IMG/VR virus record: IMGVR_UViG_3300037400_003073
Length of the DNA stretch: 64,000 nucleotides
Strand: one strand, 5' to 3'
From: an uncultured virus (IMG/VR IMGVR_UViG_3300037400_003073)
Lineage: Duplodnaviria; Heunggongvirae; Uroviricota; Caudoviricetes
Part shown: positions 56,557 to 64,000 of the stretch, piece after piece
Layout of the letters: each line of letters starts with the position of its first letter
Numbering within the stretch: position 1 is the first letter of the stretch
Position numbers and translations under genes: made by a program
Notes under the pieces: model-generated
The model's database searches: none
What the model was told of the DNA's origin: nothing
The model's input: the letters and a program-made list of their open reading frames with translations, nothing else

Positions 56557-56685
56557 GTTATATAAAAATATTGAACAAAAACGAAGGATGTGGCTATTTG
56601 TCGAAAAGGCTTTGTCCAAGTTCAAAAATGTATTATATTGGAATAGTGAGAAAAATTCTTTTTCGACAAAGGAACTAAAGCACTC

Positions 56686-57024
56686 ATGACCCCGGAACTC
56701 ATTACCGCCATAATCGCTTGTCTAGGTGCCTTGACTGCATTTCTCAAGGCACGTTCCGACGTGACGGAAATCAAGAAGGAACGGACGGAAACGAAGACAG
56801 AACGTGACCGCGACTCGCAAGAACTGCACGACAACGTTATAAAGCTGCAATGCACGTGCGAGACACACAGGGCGATTATCGATAGGCAGCAGGAAATCAT
56901 AGACAAGAGCAACAACCAGATTTTCATGCTCAACAACCAGCTCGCGAAAGTTATCGTCAAGATGGAGAACATCATCGACTGCCTCAAAGAACTAAAGGAC
57001 GACTTCAAGGACAAGGGGAAATAG
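56686..57024 (+). CDS. Holin-like protein (N-terminal TM + coiled coil)
   Basis: ELITAIIACLGALTAFL; lysis-module position. Confidence 0.55.
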   Translation: MTPELITAIIACLGALTAFLKARSDVTEIKKERTETKTERDRDSQELHDNVIKLQCTCETHRAIIDRQQEIIDKSNNQIFMLNNQLAKVIVKMENIIDCLKELKDDFKDKGK

Positions 57025-57026
57025 AA

Positions 57027-57092
57027 ATGAACTTGTTGCTTGTAATATTCGCTATCGGTTTCGTTATAACGGAGTTCGTCAATGACGACTGA
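57027..57092 (+). CDS. 21-aa single-TM peptide
   Basis: MNLLLVIFAIGFVITEFVNDD; AAGGGG RBS. Confidence 0.45.
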   Translation: MNLLLVIFAIGFVITEFVNDD

Positions 57093-57162
57093 GTGGTTGC
57101 TTTTGGCAGCTTATGTCGCAAACATCGTCGCTTTCGTGTACTTTATCCTGGAGGAATCATGA
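57082..57162 (+). CDS. 26-aa single-TM peptide
   Basis: MTTEWLLLAAYVANIVAFVYFILEES; GGAG RBS; ATGA-coupled to the next gene. Confidence 0.45.
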   Translation: MTTEWLLLAAYVANIVAFVYFILEES

Positions 57163-57665
57163 GTAGAACAAAATGCACGGTCAAAAGCGTAAAGGCTTCG
57201 CCGTTCATTACAACAGCAGGTCGCCCGTTTACATTCATTGGCGCCGCGCGCATTGCGATAGAACTGGCTCGAACCTATACGGACGGCAAAACCGAAAAAG
57301 CGTTGCTTACCATAAAAATTCGTCCCGGCTACAAAACAGACGGGGCAAGCACATTTTTTCCTATTTCGTTGCTTGTGCCGCAATGGGTTCCAGGTGACGA
57401 CAATTACAACGCCGCCCCGGTTGCTCACGATGTGCTGTACATGCTCGGTGGTATAGTCGCGGGTGAACACGAGCCCGTGAAGTTGAGCCGCGAGGAAGTG
57501 GACGACATTTTGCGCGGAGTTTGGCGTTGCTGGGGAATGTCCCGCTTTGTTGCAGGGTGCGCAGACAAGGGCGTCGAGGTTTTCGCGGGCGGAAAAGATC
57601 ACTGGGGCAATGACGGGTACGGCGTGCGGCAATACGCAAGCGCAACATGGACGGTGCTGGAATGA
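57159..57665 (+). CDS. DUF1353-like protein
   Basis: PGYKTDGAS, AAPVAHDVLY, SREEVDDIL. Confidence 0.75.
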   Translation: MSRTKCTVKSVKASPFITTAGRPFTFIGAARIAIELARTYTDGKTEKALLTIKIRPGYKTDGASTFFPISLLVPQWVPGDDNYNAAPVAHDVLYMLGGIVAGEHEPVKLSREEVDDILRGVWRCWGMSRFVAGCADKGVEVFAGGKDHWGNDGYGVRQYASATWTVLE

Positions 57666-58081
57666 CCCTCGTGGAATATGCGGAAAAGTTTATCGGGCGT
57701 CCGTATGTTTGGGGCGGCGACGGCTCCGGTAAGTTTGGCGGCGGGTTCGATTGCTCGGGCCTGGTGCTCGAAGCTCTCAAGACCACGGGATATATCGGGA
57801 ACGGCCAGGATTTGACGGCCCAGGGCTTGCACGACGCCTTGAAGAAATCCGGGTGGGTGGAAGTGCCTCTCGCGCTAATGACGGCACAGGACGTGCTATT
57901 TTGGGGCAAGTCCGGGAAGGCTATCACGCACACGGCGATAGCTATTGGGCGCAGCCAGTACATAGAGGCGGGCGGCGGAGGTTCTAAATGCACCTCCCCG
58001 GAGAAATCCACCGGCATGGTCCGGGTCCGTCCATTAGGTGCAAGAGAGGCGCCCGTCGCGATCTTGAGGGCGCCTGTGTAG
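57662..58081 (+). CDS. NlpC/P60 (C40) peptidase, probable endolysin
   Basis: GRPYVWGG, FDCSGLV, DVLFW, HTAI. Confidence 0.88.
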   Translation: MTLVEYAEKFIGRPYVWGGDGSGKFGGGFDCSGLVLEALKTTGYIGNGQDLTAQGLHDALKKSGWVEVPLALMTAQDVLFWGKSGKAITHTAIAIGRSQYIEAGGGGSKCTSPEKSTGMVRVRPLGAREAPVAILRAPV

Positions 58082-58103
58082 ATTTGTTGGCCGGGGAACC
58101 AAC

Positions 58104-58138
58104 AGCGAGGGGCCGGGGAGAGATCCCCGACCCCTTTT
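58104..58138. terminator. Putative terminator ending the late operon
   Basis: aggggccgggga...tccccgacccc followed by T4. Confidence 0.55.
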
Positions 58139-58402
58139 ACTTCAACAGCTCCAGCAAGAGCCCCAGGAACTCCAGGGCGCACGAAACGGAGCAGGCAAGG
58201 AACATGAGTCCCAGGAACAGGAAGACCGCGATCCGACCGGGTGTTTTCTCTTTCCGTCCTTCATCGTAAGGGCGGATTGTCCCCGCTCACCTCCCAAGTG
58301 TTTATCTTATAAGGTATATATTTCTTTATTATTAATTTGCATAAGTGCAAATAAATTTCTATATTTGAAAAATAAAAAGAAAAAAAAAAGGACGTTTTTA
58401 AA

Positions 58403-58669
58403 ATGGCTATCATACAAAGTAAAGAAAGACTTGCAGCGGTGAGAAAGCACTACCCGGATGACGAATTGTTGATTGCTGCATGCGATCATCTTTTTAACTT
58501 GTTCGACAAGGAAGAAGACCTCAAGCGTGAGATCAACGTATGCAACGGTGCGTGGGTCCACTTTTTGCGCGGAAAATCACGGCAAGGGGTGCGGCTGGCG
58601 ATCATCAATCGTGCCGCTCGAACGGCCATTCATGACTGTCTGCTGGGTCATGAATGTAAAAAGACGTAA
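58403..58669 (+). CDS. Hypothetical protein
   Basis: AAGGA RBS; TTGCAT..TATATT promoter upstream. Confidence 0.55.
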   Translation: MAIIQSKERLAAVRKHYPDDELLIAACDHLFNLFDKEEDLKREINVCNGAWVHFLRGKSRQGVRLAIINRAARTAIHDCLLGHECKKT

Positions 58670-58739
58670 ACAAGATTGTGTTTTTTGAGCGAAAAACGGC
58701 AATTTCTGAAAATTCTTGAAAAAAATTTTGTTTTACCTA

Positions 58740-58768
58740 TTGACGGGCGGTTTAGAAAATTCTATATA
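58740..58768 (+). promoter_or_regulatory. Sigma70-like promoter TTGACG-17-TATATA
   Basis: Shares the upstream aaaacggcaatttctgaaaa block with 59946 and 46. Confidence 0.75.
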
Positions 58769-58818
58769 TAGAAACGTGAGCGGGAACGAACCCGCCACGA
58801 AAAACAAGAGGTAACAAA

Positions 58819-59121
58819 ATGAAAATCATCAATTACACTGTCAATACTAGAGGTTTTGACGAAACTTTTAAAACGCCTTCCTTCGAAACGAAATCCGATG
58901 CGAATGTAAAAATCCATGAAATTGAAGAAGATTTGTATGGTAAAAAGTATTACCTTAATCATGGTGAGTACGCACGCCCGGAATTTAAGGCGCAGCGATA
59001 CAAAGACGGTTGGGGTATAAAGGTTTTGTATCATTACCTTACAGGGACTTGCCACGCGCCAAAAGACGGAAGGTTTACTTCTAAAGATCGTTTTTTCGAA
59101 AGATTCTTCGATGAAGCATAA
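58819..59121 (+). CDS. Hypothetical early protein
   Basis: AAGAGGTAACAAAATG RBS. Confidence 0.7.
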   Translation: MKIINYTVNTRGFDETFKTPSFETKSDANVKIHEIEEDLYGKKYYLNHGEYARPEFKAQRYKDGWGIKVLYHYLTGTCHAPKDGRFTSKDRFFERFFDEA

Positions 59122-59178
59122 GGGGGTCGGATCATGAAAACGCAAATTTCCACTCTTCGGCCCTAGACAAGCCCGCCC

Positions 59179-59208
59179 GCCGGGGGCGTTCCCCGGCACA
59201 TTTTTTTT
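59179..59208 (+). terminator. Intrinsic terminator
   Basis: GCCGGGG/CCCCGGC stem followed by T8. Confidence 0.65.
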
Positions 59209-59226
59209 ACTCAAGAGGTACTGAAT

Positions 59227-59484
59227 ATGTGCATGGATGATTACTGTTTTCGAAAAGTCGAGAACAAGGACCGTGAACGAAACGAACGCCTTGACGCTGC
59301 CGTGTATGCCAGGAAAGGTGCGGAGATTGCCCGAACCTCCATACAAGAAGATACCGCCGAATACGTCATTTTGGCCGCATATCCGGGCGCGGACGATTTC
59401 GAGGTGCTGGGAGTAGGCACGAAGAAATTCGGCCTTGAATTGGGCCTTAAAATGGATCGTGACGTTAATCTTTTGTTTATGTAA
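59227..59484 (+). CDS. Hypothetical protein
   Basis: GAGG RBS. Confidence 0.55.
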   Translation: MCMDDYCFRKVENKDRERNERLDAAVYARKGAEIARTSIQEDTAEYVILAAYPGADDFEVLGVGTKKFGLELGLKMDRDVNLLFM

Positions 59485-59493
59485 GGAATTTAT

Positions 59494-59709
59494 ATGAAAG
59501 CAGTAATTACGAACAAAGAAGGCGGCTTCGTTATCAATTCCGATGGGTTCCAAGTCGAAATCCATCCCAATGGAAAAGGCGGCGTTGATGTTTGCTTTTT
59601 CGGCAAAGTGCCAAGAAAACTGAAATACGTTGTCGAGAAGCACAAGAACTTGTTTGTAAATCCCGACATTGCGAGGACGCTAGTTTGTAACGAAATTTCT
59701 CGATTGTGA
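59494..59709 (+). CDS. Hypothetical protein
   Basis: AAGGA RBS. Confidence 0.6.
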   Translation: MKAVITNKEGGFVINSDGFQVEIHPNGKGGVDVCFFGKVPRKLKYVVEKHKNLFVNPDIARTLVCNEISRL

Positions 59710-59715
59710 GTATTT

Positions 59716-59860
59716 GGCGAAGGCGGGCTTGTTACCTCATCACCTCAATGTTTCCCGCCTTCGCCTTCTGCTTTTCCCGCGCCCGATCCATTGCGCGGGT
59801 TTCTCCGCCCCGGAGTGGCTTCTTTGTTACCTTTTGGGCCGCTCCGGGGTCCTTTTTTTT
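59716..59860 (+). ncRNA. Three-hairpin element with anti-RBS loops, ending in a terminator
   Basis: 12-bp stem 59716-27/59754-65 with loop TTGTTACCTC; third hairpin loop TTTGTTACCT followed by T8. Confidence 0.5.
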
Positions 59861-59945
59861 ATGTTTCTTAAATGTAAATTTTATTTAATAAAGTGGCGAA
59901 AATAGAACAAAAACGGCAATTTCTGAAAAATATTTTTCAAAACTA

Positions 59946-59974
59946 TTGACCGTGAACAAATAAATTTCTATATA
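59946..59974 (+). promoter_or_regulatory. Sigma70-like promoter TTGACC-17-TATATA
   Basis: Identical copy at 46-74. Confidence 0.75.
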
Positions 59975-60022
59975 TAGAAATGTGAGAGCGATAAAGCCCC
60001 ACAAAAAACAAGAGGTAACAAA

Positions 60023-60241
60023 ATGAAAAGAATGACTTTCAAAACGATTTGCGAAAAGTTAGCCGCAAAATCCATCGTAAAGATTAGCACTACTTGGGGA
60101 TGGCAGATTTGCAAGTCCGAAGAAATTAAGATTGATTCCAAAAAGAAAATTTTCGAAATTCCTGCATTTAGCAAATATTGGGGAGCGTATATGCACCCCG
60201 TGCGTTGCGGCGAAGTCATTTCTATTGAGAATGCAGCATAA
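60023..60241 (+). CDS. Hypothetical early protein
   Basis: AAGAGGTAACAAAATG RBS. Confidence 0.65.
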   Translation: MKRMTFKTICEKLAAKSIVKISTTWGWQICKSEEIKIDSKKKIFEIPAFSKYWGAYMHPVRCGEVISIENAA

Positions 60242-60252
60242 GGGGGCGGATC

Positions 60253-60552
60253 ATGATTTCTTTGCATAACAGAATCGAACGCGATTTCCGCGAATGGCTC
60301 GCCAAGAACGGCGAAGCCGGGGCAACCTTCGGGGAGCAGGGCCGATATACGGTCATTACCCTTACCAAAGATGCAGAAGGTGATTTTGCCGCCTACCTCG
60401 AAGAATTTTGCAAGGCCGAAGCCTTCGACATTAAGAATTCGATTGGCCTTTATCGCTCCCCGGAATTTTTCTTCCGCGATGCAAAAACCTTGATGTTCCA
60501 GCGTCATTTCACAACGGAACGTCCCACGAAACAACTTTGTGAATTTATTTAG
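60253..60552 (+). CDS. Hypothetical protein
   Basis: Operon ORF with RBS. Confidence 0.6.
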   Translation: MISLHNRIERDFREWLAKNGEAGATFGEQGRYTVITLTKDAEGDFAAYLEEFCKAEAFDIKNSIGLYRSPEFFFRDAKTLMFQRHFTTERPTKQLCEFI

Positions 60553-60560
60553 GTGGAAGC

Positions 60561-60788
60561 ATGACACGCGAAGAATTTATCGAGTACACCAAAAGGGCCC
60601 TTGCGCCTACGCTGAAAAGGCGCAAGCTGAAAAACGGAAACCTCATGATTTTCTACATCAAGAATCAATACGTAGAAATCCCGCCGGAGGTTTGGAATTT
60701 CCAGCCGGAGGACACTTGCGAAGCTAAGCGTCAAGAACGCCTTGCAGGTGTTTTCTATGATCTTTTCACCGCAAAAAATAAGAGGTAA
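60561..60788 (+). CDS. Hypothetical protein
   Basis: Operon ORF with RBS. Confidence 0.6.
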   Translation: MTREEFIEYTKRALAPTLKRRKLKNGNLMIFYIKNQYVEIPPEVWNFQPEDTCEAKRQERLAGVFYDLFTAKNKR

Positions 60789-60792
60789 CAAA

Positions 60793-61089
60793 ATGAATAC
60801 AAATGAACAAAAATTCGACTGCCTTTCAGTCACTCACGTCGAAGTTTCAGTTTTCAAGCAAGGGGCTTATCTTGGAAAGCTTCGCGGATTTGCTACGATT
60901 GTCTTGAACGGCCAATTGCAGATTCGCGGCTTGATGATCATGGATTCTGAAAATGGCCTTTACGTCGGTTATCCGACCGATCCGTATTGCCGCGAAGACT
61001 TCCAGCACATGGTTCTTCCGATGACGCGGGCACTTCGCGAACACATCGAAAATTGCGTTCTTGAAAAATACCAGCAGGCGATAGGCTGA
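60793..61089 (+). CDS. spoVG: SpoVG-family nucleic-acid-binding protein
   Basis: VTHVEV...KLRGFATIVL...IRGLMIMDSENGLYVGYP...P.TRALREHIE..VLEKY. Confidence 0.75.
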   Translation: MNTNEQKFDCLSVTHVEVSVFKQGAYLGKLRGFATIVLNGQLQIRGLMIMDSENGLYVGYPTDPYCREDFQHMVLPMTRALREHIENCVLEKYQQAIG

Positions 61090-61091
61090 TT

Positions 61092-61925
61092 ATGGCGAAG
61101 TCTTCGACAAACGAAATAGCGAAAATTCTCGACCGCATACAAGGTTTCGATACTTACACGGTTATCCGTGACTTTTTCGAGATTTCCGCCATTTCGATTA
61201 GGAATAACGTAGATTATGGCAAGGAGCGCGATTCGTACGAACAACGTTATCTAGCCATAATCAAGAAGTACAGAAAGGAAGATTTGGCCGTATTTGTCGA
61301 AGCGTTGGGCGTGTTCATGGGATTGATTCAGAAGGCTATGGACGGCGATATTCCTTTTCGCGATTTCGCTGGCGAAATCTACATGGATTCGGGCACCAGC
61401 AGCGGCAAGGCCGGTCAATTCTTCACGCCTTACCATGTGTCGCACCTCATGGCCGAAGTCAACTTCGACAAGGACAAACTAAAGGCCGAAATCGCGGCGG
61501 ACCCGGATCACGTTATCACTATCGCCGAACCGACTTGCGGCGCGGGCGGGCTTATCGTCGCTGCAATCGACGTTCTCAAGGATGCGGGCATTAATTATGC
61601 TTGGAACGCCTTCGTGGATTGTGGCGACATTGACGCCCGATGCGTACACATGACGTATCTTACTTTGTCATTGCTTGGCGTCCCTGCCGTTGTGCGCCGT
61701 GGCGATGCGCTGGCCCTTGACTACTCCGAAACGTGGTACACGCCCGCGTATATCTTCGCTTGGCCGCACTTCAAGAGCCGTTTGCGTGGCGGCAAATATC
61801 CGTCAACCCCAACGGTGCAGGAAGCCCCGCAAGAGCCGCAGACGGCCCCGGTCGTTGAAGTTCCGCAGGTTGTCCCGGCTCCCATCCCGTTGATGGACGA
61901 GAACGGCCAACTTTCACTTTTTTAG
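61092..61925 (+). CDS. N6-methyltransferase-like SAM-binding protein (no NPPY motif seen)
   Basis: GQFFTP, EPTCGAGG, GDID, GDAL. Confidence 0.7.
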   Translation: MAKSSTNEIAKILDRIQGFDTYTVIRDFFEISAISIRNNVDYGKERDSYEQRYLAIIKKYRKEDLAVFVEALGVFMGLIQKAMDGDIPFRDFAGEIYMDSGTSSGKAGQFFTPYHVSHLMAEVNFDKDKLKAEIAADPDHVITIAEPTCGAGGLIVAAIDVLKDAGINYAWNAFVDCGDIDARCVHMTYLTLSLLGVPAVVRRGDALALDYSETWYTPAYIFAWPHFKSRLRGGKYPSTPTVQEAPQEPQTAPVVEVPQVVPAPIPLMDENGQLSLF

Positions 61926-61935
61926 CGAGGTAACT

Positions 61936-62238
61936 TTGCAGAATTGGGAACAACTTATTGCGGATAAGGTAGCTCCCGAATGGAGAAGGCACCGCCTAGA
62001 AGTTCAGAAGGCTTGGAAGGCAAGAAAAAGGGCAGAAAAAAAGGAGCTTGAAAAAATGAGAACAAATGCAAAAGTAGGCGACACGATCCGAATTATCGAA
62101 ATGAAGGGCGAACCGCGCTATGATGGAAAAATTGGTGTTGTCGAGCATATCGACGACATCGGACAAGTTCACGGCACTTGGGGCGGATGCGCTATCCAGC
62201 CGGAGCGCGACACCTTCGAAATCTTGCAACACGCATGA
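61936..62238 (+). CDS. DUF4314-like protein
   Basis: VGDTIRIIEM...GVVEHIDDIGQVHGTW. Confidence 0.65.
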   Translation: MQNWEQLIADKVAPEWRRHRLEVQKAWKARKRAEKKELEKMRTNAKVGDTIRIIEMKGEPRYDGKIGVVEHIDDIGQVHGTWGGCAIQPERDTFEILQHA

Positions 62239-62247
62239 GGTAAATAA

Positions 62248-62625
62248 ATGAAGTTTGAAGAAATTTATAAAAAAGTTCTTGATAGTGATAAAAAGTTTAA
62301 AGGGCTAGGCATCCCAATAAATTTAGATTTTAAGATTGAAGATTTGCGTGACGCTCTTATAGAATCAAATGATAAAATCGAAGAACTAAAATCCATTAAT
62401 AAAAAAGAGCTTGATGCGCTCCGAAAGGAAAACGCCTACTTGCGGCGGCTTGTAGCTCACGCCTTGAGCGGGTGGGCTATGGGAATGAGCATGGCAAACG
62501 TTTATCTTTCAAAAGGTTCAAGAGAAAAGCAAATTAAATATTATATGGTGTTCAAAAAATTCGAAAACCTGCACAATATCGAAAAGGACAAGTGGAGAAA
62601 AGAAAAAGCGGAGTCATACAAATGA
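62248..62625 (+). CDS. Hypothetical protein
   Basis: GAGG RBS. Confidence 0.6.
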   Translation: MKFEEIYKKVLDSDKKFKGLGIPINLDFKIEDLRDALIESNDKIEELKSINKKELDALRKENAYLRRLVAHALSGWAMGMSMANVYLSKGSREKQIKYYMVFKKFENLHNIEKDKWRKEKAESYK

Positions 62626-62762
62626 ATGAAAAAGTCTTCCCGACTATACTTATCATTCTCGATTTCTTCGCCGCCGTACCGTATGGCGTAAAGGGCGATC
62701 TCAAGATGTTTGTCTATTGGGTGGCGGCTGGAGTGTTGACTTTATCCGTAACTTGGCTATAA
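62622..62762 (+). CDS. 46-aa two-TM protein, paralog of 17018-17161
   Basis: MNEKVFPTILIILDFFAAVPYGVKGDLKMFVYWVAAGVLTLSVTWL. Confidence 0.8.
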   Translation: MNEKVFPTILIILDFFAAVPYGVKGDLKMFVYWVAAGVLTLSVTWL

Positions 62763-62772
62763 AGGAATACAA

Positions 62773-62958
62773 ATGAATAATGCAGAATTAAAAGGGAAAT
62801 ATCTTGAAACAGTTATTCGTCAAGAAGGCCGCCATGTTACACTTGAATTTTTTCCGAACAACAGGCATAATGCTTTTGTCTGTAACATGAAGCGGATCGC
62901 GAAAGAATTTCACCTCAAAGTAATTTGGAAACAAAAAGATTATGAAAAATCCAGCTAG
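62773..62958 (+). CDS. Hypothetical protein
   Basis: AAGGA RBS. Confidence 0.5.
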   Translation: MNNAELKGKYLETVIRQEGRHVTLEFFPNNRHNAFVCNMKRIAKEFHLKVIWKQKDYEKSS

Positions 62959-63151
62959 ACAACATAGGGCCGAATCAATGTGGTGCAAGATTGCTCCATA
63001 TCGTGACAAACTAAAAGAGGATTGCCCCCCAAAAATCAAGCTCATTTTAATGGTGAATAGATGGATCAACCCTTGGCACGCTTTGCAGGACCTCGAAAAA
63101 GAAATCCCGTTCAAGCGTAGGCAGGAATTGAAAAAGGTTATTGGCTTATGA
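62942..63151 (+). CDS. Hypothetical protein
   Basis: Overlapping operon ORF. Confidence 0.45.
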   Translation: MKNPARQHRAESMWCKIAPYRDKLKEDCPPKIKLILMVNRWINPWHALQDLEKEIPFKRRQELKKVIGL

Positions 63152-63321
63152 AAAATTCAGAACTACATAACGAAGGCTTTATAGAGTACATGGCTTGCCA
63201 GGTTTGCGGTTACGTCAAGTATTGCAAGGCAACGCCGCGCGGCTGGATTTGCCGTTCATGCGATAGAATCGCAAAGGAAAAGAAAAATGAGGTAATGACT
63301 GATGGCAGCGATTCCGAATAA
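63148..63321 (+). CDS. Small CxxC zinc-binding protein (57 aa)
   Basis: CQVC...CRSC; ATGA-coupled. Confidence 0.45.
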   Translation: MKNSELHNEGFIEYMACQVCGYVKYCKATPRGWICRSCDRIAKEKKNEVMTDGSDSE

Positions 63322-63634
63322 GATGTTTACGCATAAGCGAATACAGAAGATGCTGGAAGCATACCGCGACGATACAAGCGTTTTCGCGACAGAAACGGAA
63401 TACTATCTTGCCTTGTATGCAAAGGAAATGTGGCAGCGTTTGAACGCGCTGAAAGAGTGGACGGAGCGGTATAGGCTGAACACCGAAAGCATCGAAGCGT
63501 TCATGAAACGAGAAACGGCGAAGCCAAAAAAGAACCGCGTGGATTGGCCCACGTTTGAGAAGTTTATGCACAAGCGTAAGTTGGCCCTGCACGATTGCGA
63601 ACTTGGCCGACGCGAAATCATGGATATTGAATAA
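63302..63634 (+). CDS. Hypothetical protein
   Basis: GAGG RBS. Confidence 0.6.
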   Translation: MAAIPNKMFTHKRIQKMLEAYRDDTSVFATETEYYLALYAKEMWQRLNALKEWTERYRLNTESIEAFMKRETAKPKKNRVDWPTFEKFMHKRKLALHDCELGRREIMDIE

Positions 63635-63811
63635 AGATAAGGAATATAAAAATGAGCAAATTTAGTTGGTTCACAAGTACAGAACGATACGATGGCGGTT
63701 GGTATAAATGCAATGCCCGCGTAGAACTTATTGGTAATACGTTATCATTTACCGACTCTTGATCCTAAACGTATTAACCAAATTAACCGAATAAAAAAAA
63801 GGAGGTCGCAC

Positions 63812-63862
63812 ATGGCTTGCGGTGGCAAGAAATCCGGCGGCAAGAAACCGCCGAAAAAGTAG
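63812..63862 (+). CDS. 16-aa basic micropeptide MACGGKKSGGKKPPKK
   Basis: AAGGAGG RBS, terminator after, paralog at 3622. Confidence 0.7.
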   Translation: MACGGKKSGGKKPPKK

Positions 63863-63880
63863 CATTCGTTTGGATGCAAG

Positions 63881-63917
63881 AAGGGCGCATGGCTGATGCC
63901 GTGCGCCCTGTTTTTTT
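63881..63917 (+). terminator. Intrinsic terminator
   Basis: AGGGCGCATGGC/GCCGTGCGCCCT stem followed by T7. Confidence 0.8.
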
Positions 63918-64000
63918 AGGATTGGATTGATTGAGTTTGATATAATGTTTTATGCGAGGTTAACCGCGTCCGTCAAGTCTTCCTTGAGTACGTGAGAGTA

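Noticed and set aside
1..64000. CRISPR array or Cas12f-type system associated with TnpB
   Set aside because: No regularly spaced repeats seen; TnpB is bounded by IS200/IS605 ends
1..64000. Integrase, repressor or att sites (prophage)
   Set aside because: No recombinase motifs or host genes recognised in the window

Overview
The window looks like most of a tailed dsDNA phage genome with a contractile tail (myovirus); no integrase or repressor was recognised. A GC-rich minus-strand arm (~0.35-30 kb) encodes replication and recombination: primase, split SbcC/Rad50 plus SbcD/Mre11, RuvC, RecA/UvsX, SSB, UvsY, DnaX, UDG-fused PolA, beta clamp, DnaB, an SNF2 helicase with a mini-intein and tRNA-Arg(CCG). 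A TnpB-only IS200/IS605 element sits at 28182-29564. A plus-strand morphogenesis and lysis module spans 30.5-58.1 kb. An AT-richer plus-strand block of small genes (58.3-64 kb) is partly duplicated at 1-345 and carries paralogs of left-arm micro-genes, so the window may be a hybrid of two related phages or an assembly chimera. Main unexplained signals: (i) an ACCGG-N9-TATAYT promoter motif (about 10 copies), three of which fire into large structured non-coding regions (3263-3534 with a tRNA-like domain, 16430-16920 beside the tRNA, and a ~600-nt GNRA-rich RNA at 27148-27765); (ii) a DGR-type target gene with VR, hairpin and truncated avd but no TR or RT; (iii) a MuF-HExxH toxin with a candidate immunity gene; (iv) a hairpin RNA whose loops are antisense to the phage's own early RBS; (v) a conserved 16-aa MACGG micropeptide present twice. 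All calls are by-eye motif recognition; no database search was run.
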